Under the pieces are notes generated by a model, which did not search any database, was not told the DNA's origin, and saw only the letters and a program-made list of their open reading frames with translations. The position numbers were made by a program, and so were the translations under genes. Below are positions 19,557 to 28,533 of a DNA stretch of 64,000 bases, one piece after another. Each line of letters begins with the position of its first letter. Position 1 is the first letter of the stretch. The stretch spans positions 420 to 64,419 of the forward strand of contig DATIXJ010000017.1 of NCBI GenBank assembly GCA_035518715.1, in the 5' to 3' direction. Source of the DNA: Bacteroidota bacterium. GTDB lineage: Bacteria; Bacteroidota; Ignavibacteria; UBA10030; SZUA-254.

Positions 19557-20741
19557 TCACTTGTAGACAGTATAGGTGATGATCAATCGCGGTTTGAGTC
19601 CGGCGGCAGCCGAGCTGTTGTACAGCGCAAACCGGTCGAGAATGGTGGATTCACCGTACGCCCGGATAACAAGCCCGTAATTCGGTTCACGCGTGATCCA
19701 TTCCTGGACGATCTGCGTGATATTCCCCTGGTAGATTTTTTGTCCGTTCACAATCGTCGGCGCGCAGATTGTGGCATAGGCGAGAGAATCGAATGGGTAG
19801 TAGCTTCTCCGCAGGAGCTGCACGACGAGTGAATCGCGCGTAAAGACGTTTGTTTCCGAGTTGGCCGCATCGAGCGAGAACTGGACAATCGCACGTGCAA
19901 TGCTCGCACGTGTGGGTATGTGGAGTGAATCGAACTGTACGCGGCAGCGGTACGAAATTCCCGCCTGCGAGAACATGTCCCCGGCAGTGTTCGGCTGAGG
20001 CGCATGCGCGACAAATGCCCGCTGGGTTGTTGCAAGAATCAGGCTGTCTGTAGTCGTGTCGGATACGGAGGTTCTGTAGTAGATGCGAAGCCGCGGCCGG
20101 GTGTCGACCGTGCTGTTCGTAATCGAGCCGACAATGAGCGTGGAAGATATCTGACTCGGCAGCAGGATGATACCGTCCGGCGTGGTAGTCGCGTTCTGAA
20201 CCCATTTCTGGACGAGGTGATCGATGTGGAAGCTCAACGCGGTATCACCCGAAACGATGTTTGTCAGAACCGTCGTATCCGGGGTTGATGAATATTCCGA
20301 GGGAATATTGGAGGTATCCCACGTAAAGGTACTCTGACTCCAGGCATTGAGCATTTCATGAACTGTGAAGCTCAGGGTGCCGACCGTGTCGAGAAACCTG
20401 TACGGTATCGACATCACGAGAACTGCCGAATCCACGATGCTGGAGGAGGAGATCGAGGTGAATCCGGAAAACTGCATCACCGCGCGGGCTTCGAGATCCT
20501 GGTAAATTCCGACCAGATCATTATCTGGGGTGCTGACCCGGGAAAGAAAGGATGTGTCGGCGACACCACTGACGCTGACCATATCGAGTGCCAGCGCATC
20601 ATTCGGAGAAATCAAGCCCTTCCCCAGCTCGCTTGGATCGTCACTGCATCCGGGTGTCAGAAGAAAAAATGCCGGAAGGATAACAATGGCGAAGGGGAGA
20701 ATCCTTTTCCACCAATCGGAACTATACTGCCGGAGATGCAT
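19557..20741 (-). CDS. Lipoprotein with two tandem DNRLRE-like domains (hypothetical)
   Basis: I chose the internal start MHLRQYSSDWWKRILPFAIVILPAFFLLTPGCSDD (lipobox LTPGC; ATG = complement of 20739-20741). The 466-aa ORF start would overlap gmhB by about 235 nt. Two internal repeats end in RPRLRIYY and KPRLIITY, each preceded by a Q(K/E)W(V/I) motif. Confidence 0.5.
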   Translation of the reverse strand: MHLRQYSSDWWKRILPFAIVILPAFFLLTPGCSDDPSELGKGLISPNDALALDMVSVSGVADTSFLSRVSTPDNDLVGIYQDLEARAVMQFSGFTSISSSSIVDSAVLVMSIPYRFLDTVGTLSFTVHEMLNAWSQSTFTWDTSNIPSEYSSTPDTTVLTNIVSGDTALSFHIDHLVQKWVQNATTTPDGIILLPSQISSTLIVGSITNSTVDTRPRLRIYYRTSVSDTTTDSLILATTQRAFVAHAPQPNTAGDMFSQAGISYRCRVQFDSLHIPTRASIARAIVQFSLDAANSETNVFTRDSLVVQLLRRSYYPFDSLAYATICAPTIVNGQKIYQGNITQIVQEWITREPNYGLVIRAYGESTILDRFALYNSSAAAGLKPRLIITYTVYK

Positions 20742-21315
20742 CTGCCAGCAAACTGCGTTTGATATACTGGACGGCGCCGTAGAGATTATCCGCAACATAA
20801 TCAGGAGAACTCCCTTCGGTCTCACAAAGTTCCTGCTCTTTCTTTCCGTAACCGGTGAGGACAAGAATGCACCGTGCACCCGCTGCAGAACCCATCTGCA
20901 TATCGAGGAGGCGGTCGCCCACGACGAATAATTGATCCGGATCAAGGTCGAATTCATGAATTGCCCTGGTCATCATTCCGATATTGGGTTTACGGCAGTC
21001 GCAGACGGCCCGATAGGGAGGTGTACCAAACTCCGGATGGTGCGGACAATAATAGATGGCATCGATCGCCGCGCCGTGCGCGTGGAGTTCATGTTCGAGT
21101 TTCGAGTGAATTTCTGCAAGTTGTGCTTCGGTGAGATACCCGCGGGCGATTCCTGATTGATTCGTTACCACGAACACGCGCCATCTCTGCTGATTGAGCT
21201 CCCTGATGGCGGGTGCCGAACCTTCGATCAGATGAAATTCCTCCGTAGAGCGGACGAAATCCACTTCTTCATTGATCGTGCCGTCCCGATCGAGAAAAAT
21301 CCCCACATGACCCAT
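20722..21315 (-). CDS. gmhB: D-glycero-beta-D-manno-heptose-1,7-bisphosphate 7-phosphatase (HAD-IIIA)
   Basis: GIFLDRDGTINEE (DxD nucleophile motif), VVTNQSGIARGY, the Zn-loop YYCPHHPE...CDCRKP, and VVGDRLLD are present. Confidence 0.8.
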   Translation of the reverse strand: MGHVGIFLDRDGTINEEVDFVRSTEEFHLIEGSAPAIRELNQQRWRVFVVTNQSGIARGYLTEAQLAEIHSKLEHELHAHGAAIDAIYYCPHHPEFGTPPYRAVCDCRKPNIGMMTRAIHEFDLDPDQLFVVGDRLLDMQMGSAAGARCILVLTGYGKKEQELCETEGSSPDYVADNLYGAVQYIKRSLLADASPAV

Positions 21316-22172
21316 CAGATGCTCTTGGCGAGGTCATGATAAATGTCGACAAGCTTCTGCGCGATGTGGTTGTGGCCGTTACCGTTTTGGAAATTCATCG
21401 AAATGATGCTGTTCTTCCGGAGGTGGAGGATCTTTTCCAGATCGGTATCAGGTTCGAGGCGAATGGATTTTTCGGCTTTGCTTCCGAATGTTGTGACGCA
21501 GTCGGCAAAAGTCAGTCCTGCACGGAGGAAGTTCAATCGGTCTGGACCGGAATTGTTCTCCGGAAGCAGGCCGGCGGGCAATCCCGATTTCGCGTAGGAA
21601 TTGCGCGGAAACGATGCATGTGACGCCAGGCTGTACGCCGTAAATACGGTCTTGACATTCCTGAAAAACGGGTCGTTCTTGTAGAGTGTCTTCAGATAGA
21701 CAGGAATCAGGCCGCACTGCCAGTCGTTGCAGTGGATGATGTTCGGCTGCCACCGCAGGCGCTTGAGCGTTTCAAGAATTCCACGGCAGAAGAAAATAAA
21801 CCGCTCGTCGTTGTCCGGAAAATATTTCTTCGTTTCGGGATGGAAGTACAATCCCTCCCGGTTAAAATACCGGTCATTGGAAAGGAAGTAAACGAGTACT
21901 TTCTGATTTTCGCTTGTGAGATAGGAAGATTTGATGTATGCCTTTTCCAGATCATTGGCAACAGGCACAACAATATCCTTCATCCGAAGGAGATTGTGGA
22001 TCTGAAAGCGGCGGCTGTTAAGAAAGCCGTACCCCGGAAGCATGACGCGTACATCATGTCCGAGCGCTTTTACACTTTTTGGAAGACTTCCCGCAAGGTC
22101 ACCGATCTTTCCGGTCTTTATGAACGGTTCCGCTTCGCTGGCTACAAAGAGTACTCCGATCGACTTAGGCAT
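21315..22172 (-). CDS. Glycogen/starch-synthase N-terminal-domain protein (Glyco_transf_5 only, short GlgA-like)
   Basis: IGVLFVASEAEPFIKTGKIGDLAGSLPKSVKALGHDVRVMLPGYG is the GlgA N-terminal KxGGL-type region (here KTGKIGDL). It is only 285 aa, and no C-terminal GT1 domain follows because gmhB starts immediately. Confidence 0.65.
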   Translation of the reverse strand: MPKSIGVLFVASEAEPFIKTGKIGDLAGSLPKSVKALGHDVRVMLPGYGFLNSRRFQIHNLLRMKDIVVPVANDLEKAYIKSSYLTSENQKVLVYFLSNDRYFNREGLYFHPETKKYFPDNDERFIFFCRGILETLKRLRWQPNIIHCNDWQCGLIPVYLKTLYKNDPFFRNVKTVFTAYSLASHASFPRNSYAKSGLPAGLLPENNSGPDRLNFLRAGLTFADCVTTFGSKAEKSIRLEPDTDLEKILHLRKNSIISMNFQNGNGHNHIAQKLVDIYHDLAKSI

Positions 22173-22248
22173 GCCGTTACAAAGTTGGGGAAAAACATTT
22201 ACTTGTAACGTAATTTAAGAAGAATCCGGGTCAAAATCAACTCCCGTC

Positions 22249-22277
22249 TTGACAATGGTTTCAACTTTCTCTATATT
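22249..22277 (+). promoter_or_regulatory. Near-consensus sigma-70-type promoter (TTGACA-17 nt-TATATT)
   Basis: TTGACA at 22249-22254, an exact 17-nt spacer, and TATATT at 22272-22277. It sits in an AT-rich, ORF-free intergenic region. Confidence 0.5.
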
Positions 22278-22283
22278 AAGTGG

Positions 22284-22474
22284 TTGAAATTGTACACTTA
22301 GGAGATAAGCCCGCACGATTTTGTTAAAGGTTGGATTCTAACGCTGGTTGTGTTCTTTTTCGCAGCGTCATGTTGTTTGACGTTCAGCGATATGGCGGAT
22401 GCCTTTGACAACGTGAGGTGAAGAGTTTCTGGTGTAACCGAATGTCAGGGTGTTCTGGCGTTCGGTTTTTTTTT
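22284..22474 (+). ncRNA. Candidate ~190-nt non-coding transcript or structured 5-prime leader, class unknown
   Basis: Bounded by the promoter above and the intrinsic terminator at 22436-22474. The six-frame track has no ORF of 60 aa or more in 22209-22496. It contains an internal hairpin, ACGCTG(22341-46)/CAGCGT(22363-68). I recognised no known RNA family. Confidence 0.3.
22436..22474 (+). terminator. Intrinsic terminator
   Basis: CCGAATGTCAG (22438-22448), loop GGTGTT, then CTGGCGTTCGG (22455-22465). This is an 11-bp stem with two G-U pairs, extended by AA/TT and followed by a run of 9 T (22466-22474). Confidence 0.65.
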
Positions 22475-22496
22475 GTAATCGGTCATATTATCTAAA

Positions 22497-23036
22497 GTGA
22501 ACAAAATCAACATACTTGCCCGGGCGATGCACAACGCCGAGGAGGTATCAGTGAAAGCAGCTTTATTTTACCTGACATCGGGCATCCTCATCGGATGCTC
22601 GCAGAATCCGGTTTCCAGCCCTCCAGATATCCCGATCAGCCAGTTGCTGGCATCACCCGATACCATTACCATGGATAGACGACAACTGTATCTTGCAACT
22701 TCCATGCGGAGAGACTTTCAGCCCATTAGTCCGCCGGATGGCAAACCGCTCGTTGCCATCTGTTCAGTCACAGCGACAGACTCGACGCGACTCCCGGCTT
22801 CGATTTCAGCCGACGCAGTTTGGATTGTCTACCGCAACCAGGTCTGGAACACCTGGTTTACCAATGAGACCATCCCGACTGATGAATTGAGGCCGAACAA
22901 AGTCGTGAAGTACGCCCGTAATGGTCCAAAGTGGGGACCGAATTCATCAGTCGACGTCATCGTGAGGGTTACAGGTGCGGATGGGAAATTCCAATTACTG
23001 CGAGCGCCCAACCAGTGGATAGGACGCACCGATTGA
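22497..23036 (+). CDS. Hypothetical lipoprotein, first gene of the porU operon
   Basis: 179-aa ORF starting with GTG; an alternative ATG lies 30 nt downstream (MHNAEE...). LTSGILIGCSQN is lipobox-like. I recognised no family. Confidence 0.45.
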   Translation: MNKINILARAMHNAEEVSVKAALFYLTSGILIGCSQNPVSSPPDIPISQLLASPDTITMDRRQLYLATSMRRDFQPISPPDGKPLVAICSVTATDSTRLPASISADAVWIVYRNQVWNTWFTNETIPTDELRPNKVVKYARNGPKWGPNSSVDVIVRVTGADGKFQLLRAPNQWIGRTD

Positions 23037-23060
23037 TCGTGCACGGCATTCTGCATAAAA

Positions 23061-26000
23061 ATGATCCGTAAGATTAACAAATTGAACTCTGACGTCCCGA
23101 CCGCGGGTGCATTCCGTCTTCCACTAGCACATGGATTTGTAGATAGTGGCAACCGGATACCCGTTCTCATTCTAGGCGCTCTTGTGGTCTGTGTTCTGTT
23201 TGGACCTTCGCTCTCACACGCCGCAGGAACAGAGGCCGGAGACGTTCATCTGATTCAATCGGATGGCTCGGGATGCGTAATAGAATACACTCCGGTCTAC
23301 CATGCCGAAAGAGTGAAACTGCAGAACGGGCCGGCTACTCTCCGGTTTCGCGTTGATGGCGGAATTCCCCTTAACCGACAGATGCCTGGTGCGCCGCAAT
23401 TCTTTCAACGCTCGATACTCCTCCGGTTCAGGGGCAGCAAGGGAAATTCCGTCCAGGTGATCAGGACCGAGTATGAGGATTCATCGAATGTTCTCCTGGC
23501 GCCGGTTCCCGGATTTCAGGAAGGCGGGATGGATCCTCAGCCGACGTACACCATGAACGCGGCTGAATATTCCCGGACCGGCATGATGCCCGATCAGCTT
23601 GTTTCACTTTCCGCCGTGGGAGAATCCCGCGGCGTGTATCTTGGTCATGTTGAAGTTGCTCCGTATGAATATAATCCGGCGCTCCGCGTTCTGCGGAGAT
23701 TCAAAAGCATCGTTGTGCGCGTGACATTCGGCCCATCCGAGCCGGCTCGCAGCGCCCGGATGACCACTGCCCGGCTTGCGGTCAACGATCAGACCGTTTC
23801 AGGTTTGCAGCCCGCCCCTGCACCGGCAAGGGTCACGCTCCTGAACAGCGTCCTGAGTTCCGGAACCTGGTACCGCATCCCGATTACAACCGAAGGGATG
23901 TACAAGATCACGGGTCAGGCACTCCTTAACGCTGGGGTTCCTTCATCAACCGATCCGAAAACCATCAAGATCTATGGCAATGGCGGAGCAGAGACACCGC
24001 TGTCACCCACATCGGTTGCCGTGGATGATCTCCTCCCCAACGCGGATTACGTTTACGACGGCGGAACTTCGGGAAAACTCGACGCGTCTGACTATGTAAT
24101 TTTCTATGGAACTCCCACCAACAGCTGGACCTATGACCCGGTTACAAAAACGTATTCCCACCACATCAACCGGTTCAGCGAGACGAACTACTGCTGGCTG
24201 ACGTTCGGCGGATCTCCGGCGAAATCGATGACGGTCGTGCCGTCACTCAATGATCCCGCGGCGTTTGCTCCGCCTACCGGTACCGCAAAACTTTTCCGTG
24301 AGGATGAAAACGAAAATATTCTCGCTTCGGGCCTCAACTGGCTCGGACAGGTCTTCAATACCGGAGATCAGATCACGTACGTCCATCAGCTTCCGGGAGT
24401 TGATGTCACGCAGCCGATTTTTTACAGATTTGATATCGGTGCTCAATCAAACGGATCCTCACAATTCTCGGTTCAGGAACATTCCACCACGATCACAACG
24501 GTTTCGCTTCCAGGAACCTACACGACCGGTGACTCCTATTATATTTCCTCACAGTTTATCAATCGCATAGTTCCGGTTTCGATCGCTCCCAATCAGATCA
24601 ACGGGTTCACCGACGCGCAAAGTCGTCTCCGCTTCCTTTTTTCCTCTACGAGCTCTGCGGGGGTGGGGTATATTGACTGGTATGAAGTGGCGTATAATCG
24701 TTTTCTCTTCGCGCAAAACGATGTCGTCAATTTTTCATCGTACGACACAACGGCAACGATCCAATACCGCGTCCACGGTTTCAGCGGAGGACCGGTAATG
24801 ATATTTGATGTCTCCCGGTTCGACAGCGTGGTCATGATTTCGAACCCCCAGATTGTCGCCGATACGGCCACGTTTCAGATCCAGCAAACGGCGCGGAATC
24901 CGAGGCAGTTGTTTGTGGTCGGACCTGGCGGCTTCCGATCTCCCGGAAGTCTCACCCGCGTGGAGAATCAGAATCTCCACGGGACCGATCCAGGTGCGGC
25001 GTACATTATTGTCACCGAAAGCGATTTTCTTTCAGCAGCTCAGCGCTTGCAGACGTATCGTCAGCAGACGAGCCCAAATCCAATCTCAACTGTTGTCGTC
25101 GATGTCAACCAGATTTACAATGAATTCAGCGGCGGACTTCTGACACCTGTTGCAATCCGGAATTATCTCCGGTATGCATATCAGAACTGGGCACAACCTC
25201 CGAAGTATGTGCTGCTCTTTGGCGACGGGGATTATGACTACCGGCGGATTATTGCGACGGGGCCGGAATGGGTGCCGCCGTGGGAAACGGAGGAATCGTT
25301 CATTCCGCTGAATACCTATTCGAGCGATGACCAGTTCGTCATCTTCAATTCGGCGGACCTTGTGGGGATGGGTATCGGCCGGCTGCCCGCGCGGTCGGGT
25401 TCAGATGCCGATGCGATGGTGAGCAAGATCATTCAATATGAAACGCATGCAGTTGCCGACGACTGGAAATCGCGCTTTACATTCGTGGCGGATGACGGAC
25501 CGGCCGGCCTCAGCAGTTCGGGTGTCATCGATGACGGGTTCCTCCATACCTCGGAGGCGGAAGCAGTCTCAACCCTTGTTCCCGGTCTCTTCGATAAAGT
25601 GAAGATTTACGAATGGGCGTACCCGACGATCGAGGCAGCCGGAGGAAGGCGGAAACCTGACGTCAATGCGGCGATCGATAATCAAATCAACCAGGGAACG
25701 CTCGTGCTCAATTACACGGGACACGGAAATCCTCATCTCTGGGCGGATGAGCATGTCTTTACCGTTGAAGGGGATTTTGCGCTTCTCCACAACACGGCGA
25801 AATATTTTTTCCTCGTTGCTGCCACATGTAATTTTTCGAACTTTGATGCAATTACGCCGCAAAGCGGAGGCGAGCAGCTCGTTGAAATGCCCTCTGCAGG
25901 TGCGATCGGGGTCTTCTCTGCAACGAGGCCGGTTTATGCATTCGAAAATTTTGCACTGAACCAGTCACTCTACAATAAAATGCTTGCAGCCGATTCCATC

Positions 26001-27197
26001 GGCCGCGTGATCCCGCAGCGGCTCGGAGACATTGACTACGAAACCAAGCTTGAACGTAATGATGTGAATGACGCGAAATACTTCCTTCTCGGTGACCCCG
26101 GACTTACGCTTGCTTTTCCCAAGCTCTACGCCTCGATCGACAGTGTGAATCATCTCCCGGGAAATCAGGTGGTCCAGTTGAAAGCGCTCGAACAGTCGAC
26201 CGTGTCGGCACATGTCCGTGATACGTCACAAGCATTTTCCAACGCATTCAACGGAACCGCCGAAGTCGTGGTCTATGATGCAAGTTACGGCGTTACACTG
26301 ACCGACCCTGATCCGGAGGTCATTCCGAACACCTTCACGTATGTCGCGGCGGGCACCCCGCTCTTCCGCGGCCAGGCGAGCGTAACGGCGGGCGCGATGA
26401 ACGTGAGTTTTGTCGTTCCGAAAGATATTTCGTATTCCAGCAACAATGGACGAATCTCGCTCTATTTTTCGAATCCTCTGACCGACGGCTACGGTTACAC
26501 GACGAATATCGTAATCAACGGAACCGATTCAACTGCTGCGCCGGATGGGGTTGGACCGCAGGTGCGTCTCTTTCTCGATAACCGCGGATTCCGGTCGGGA
26601 GATGTCGTTGGAGGATCGCCGACGCTGATTGCAGATCTCTTCGATTCGAGCGGCATCAATACGTCAACATCCGGAGTCGGTCACGGAATCGAAGTCTGGC
26701 TCGACAATCAATCACAAAGCATCGATGTGAGCAGTTATTACAAGAGCAAGACCGACACGTATCGCGAAGGCACGGTTGACTATCCTCTCGGTGCGATTGG
26801 TGAAGGTTCCCATAAGCTCCGCTTCCGGGCATGGGATACCTACGATAATTCCACGACAACGGAAACCGTCTTCGATGTTCTCACCGGTGTCGGCATGCAG
26901 CTGACATCTGTATTCAATTTCCCGAACCCGATGTCGAGCTCGACGCTCTTCACGTTCCAGCACAATCAGGTGTCGATCATCGATGCGGAAGTGAGGATCT
27001 ATACTGTCGCCGGACGGCTGATACGTGATATGAAGAAGAACGGCATCACTACCCAATTTGTCCAAATTCCTTGGGACGGGAGGGATAAGGAAGGCGATGC
27101 GATTGCCAATGGAGTCTATCTCTATAAAGTAAGTGCCAGGACGGAAGATGGACGATTCTCGAGCGAGGCGTTTGGAAAGCTCAGCGTTTTGAAATGA
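23061..27197 (+). CDS. porU: T9SS C-terminal-signal peptidase / sortase PorU (peptidase C25 family)
   Basis: 1378 aa. Gingipain-type catalytic dyad context: NYTGHGN (His codon 25722-25724) and VAATCNFS (Cys codon 25827-25829). Type-A T9SS C-terminal domain at 26913-27194 (FNFPNPMSSSTLFTF...IYTVAGRLI...WDGRDKEGDAIANGVYLYKV...GKLSVLK). porV lies immediately downstream. Confidence 0.85.
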   Translation: MIRKINKLNSDVPTAGAFRLPLAHGFVDSGNRIPVLILGALVVCVLFGPSLSHAAGTEAGDVHLIQSDGSGCVIEYTPVYHAERVKLQNGPATLRFRVDGGIPLNRQMPGAPQFFQRSILLRFRGSKGNSVQVIRTEYEDSSNVLLAPVPGFQEGGMDPQPTYTMNAAEYSRTGMMPDQLVSLSAVGESRGVYLGHVEVAPYEYNPALRVLRRFKSIVVRVTFGPSEPARSARMTTARLAVNDQTVSGLQPAPAPARVTLLNSVLSSGTWYRIPITTEGMYKITGQALLNAGVPSSTDPKTIKIYGNGGAETPLSPTSVAVDDLLPNADYVYDGGTSGKLDASDYVIFYGTPTNSWTYDPVTKTYSHHINRFSETNYCWLTFGGSPAKSMTVVPSLNDPAAFAPPTGTAKLFREDENENILASGLNWLGQVFNTGDQITYVHQLPGVDVTQPIFYRFDIGAQSNGSSQFSVQEHSTTITTVSLPGTYTTGDSYYISSQFINRIVPVSIAPNQINGFTDAQSRLRFLFSSTSSAGVGYIDWYEVAYNRFLFAQNDVVNFSSYDTTATIQYRVHGFSGGPVMIFDVSRFDSVVMISNPQIVADTATFQIQQTARNPRQLFVVGPGGFRSPGSLTRVENQNLHGTDPGAAYIIVTESDFLSAAQRLQTYRQQTSPNPISTVVVDVNQIYNEFSGGLLTPVAIRNYLRYAYQNWAQPPKYVLLFGDGDYDYRRIIATGPEWVPPWETEESFIPLNTYSSDDQFVIFNSADLVGMGIGRLPARSGSDADAMVSKIIQYETHAVADDWKSRFTFVADDGPAGLSSSGVIDDGFLHTSEAEAVSTLVPGLFDKVKIYEWAYPTIEAAGGRRKPDVNAAIDNQINQGTLVLNYTGHGNPHLWADEHVFTVEGDFALLHNTAKYFFLVAATCNFSNFDAITPQSGGEQLVEMPSAGAIGVFSATRPVYAFENFALNQSLYNKMLAADSIGRVIPQRLGDIDYETKLERNDVNDAKYFLLGDPGLTLAFPKLYASIDSVNHLPGNQVVQLKALEQSTVSAHVRDTSQAFSNAFNGTAEVVVYDASYGVTLTDPDPEVIPNTFTYVAAGTPLFRGQASVTAGAMNVSFVVPKDISYSSNNGRISLYFSNPLTDGYGYTTNIVINGTDSTAAPDGVGPQVRLFLDNRGFRSGDVVGGSPTLIADLFDSSGINTSTSGVGHGIEVWLDNQSQSIDVSSYYKSKTDTYREGTVDYPLGAIGEGSHKLRFRAWDTYDNSTTTETVFDVLTGVGMQLTSVFNFPNPMSSSTLFTFQHNQVSIIDAEVRIYTVAGRLIRDMKKNGITTQFVQIPWDGRDKEGDAIANGVYLYKVSARTEDGRFSSEAFGKLSVLK

Positions 27198-27308
27198 ATA
27201 CCATGCCCGATTCCAGTTGTTTTTTAACACGAAAGGTGGTATTTTAATGTACCCCGGATACCAGAATTTGATCAACTCATCTCATTTTTTCATAGAAGGA
27301 ATCCCGTT

Positions 27309-28448
27309 ATGAACTCAAAAGTGGTAGGGAGGTTTCTCCCCTTTTTCATCGTGGCACTCGGAATTATCGGGGTGTTGTTGCCGAGTTCCCAAGTTCTGGC
27401 ACAGGGGGAATCAGCCGTCCCCTTCCTGCTGATTGCACCCAATGCCCGTGCCGACGGGATGGGGGAAGCCGGGGGTGCCCTTGCCGATGACGGATCTGCC
27501 GGATACTGGAATCCTGCGGGACTCGCGTTCCAAAATGGTCAGGAAATCAGTCTCACACACTCGAACTGGCTTCCGCAGTTTCAGCTCTCCGATCTCTTTT
27601 ACGAATATCTTTCGTACAAGAATCATCTCGACGACTGGGGTGGAACGATGTCGGCGAGCATTATCTATCTGAGTCTCGGTGAATTCAATATCACCGGTGA
27701 AGTCGGGCCCGAGATTCTCGGAACGTTTAAAGCGTACGAAGTCTCGGCAACGGTGGGATATGCGTGGAAGCTCAACGAAGAACTCGGACTCGGTTTCAAC
27801 ATGCGCTATATCCGCAGTTCGCTTGCCGATTTTAATGTTCAGCAACAGGATAGAAAAGGTATTGCCTCGGGCGTGAGCTTCGACGTTTCCACACTCTGGA
27901 AGCCGAGCAGCATTCTCGATGATCGTCTCAGCGTCGGCGTGGATCTTTCCAACCTCGGACCGAAGTTGACGTATATCGATGCCGATCAGGCGGATCCTCT
28001 CCCGACGGATCTGAGACTTGCTTTTGCCGGGAAGGTCGTCCGGTCGGAATTCAATAATCTCACACTCATCGTGGATTTTACACGTCTCCTTGTCCGGCGC
28101 CATGCCGCACCCGTCGATTCTCTCGGAAACGTGGGCGAAGCTCCGCCTCCCGACAATCTTCCCAAGTCGCTGATCACGGCCTGGAGCGATGGCGGGTTGA
28201 GGAAAGTTCAGATTGCCACAGGTTTTGAATACTGGTACGGCGCTCCCAAACTCTTCGCCATCCGTATGGGATATTTCTACGAGGATCCCAGCTACGGCAA
28301 CAGGAAGTTCCTCACCTTCGGTGCCGGCATCCGTTACGATGTGTACGGATTTGATTTCAGCTACCTCTCTGCGGTTGATGAGACCAGCCCCCTGGCGGAG
28401 ACCTTACGCTTTAGTCTTTCAATTGCCTGGGGCGGCAAGCAGGACTAA
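27309..28448 (+). CDS. porV: T9SS outer-membrane shuttle protein PorV (LptO)
   Basis: 379 aa with a signal peptide. GESAVPFLLIAPNARADGMGEAGGALADDGSAGYWNPAGLAF is the characteristic PorV N-terminal motif. FadL-like barrel. Conserved porU-porV synteny. Confidence 0.8.
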   Translation: MNSKVVGRFLPFFIVALGIIGVLLPSSQVLAQGESAVPFLLIAPNARADGMGEAGGALADDGSAGYWNPAGLAFQNGQEISLTHSNWLPQFQLSDLFYEYLSYKNHLDDWGGTMSASIIYLSLGEFNITGEVGPEILGTFKAYEVSATVGYAWKLNEELGLGFNMRYIRSSLADFNVQQQDRKGIASGVSFDVSTLWKPSSILDDRLSVGVDLSNLGPKLTYIDADQADPLPTDLRLAFAGKVVRSEFNNLTLIVDFTRLLVRRHAAPVDSLGNVGEAPPPDNLPKSLITAWSDGGLRKVQIATGFEYWYGAPKLFAIRMGYFYEDPSYGNRKFLTFGAGIRYDVYGFDFSYLSAVDETSPLAETLRFSLSIAWGGKQD

Positions 28449-28471
28449 GAGCTGCGTACGTTTGAGGTGAA

Positions 28472-28504
28472 CATCCGCGTGAGCGGCTTCCCGTCACGCG
28501 GATG
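28472..28504 (+). promoter_or_regulatory. Perfect 11-bp inverted repeat (stem-loop) in the porV / downstream-gene spacer
   Basis: CATCCGCGTGA (28472-28482), an 11-nt loop, then TCACGCGGATG (28494-28504). No U-tract follows. Confidence 0.4.
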
Positions 28505-28533
28505 ATTCACCGACCTCTTGTCCGCTTCTCATC

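Noticed and set aside
22284-22474. Naming the ORF-free transcript as 6S RNA, tmRNA, RNase P, SRP RNA or a known riboswitch class
   Set aside because: I could not find the defining conserved nucleotides or the long closing helix with a central bubble by eye. It is kept only as an unclassified candidate RNA or leader.
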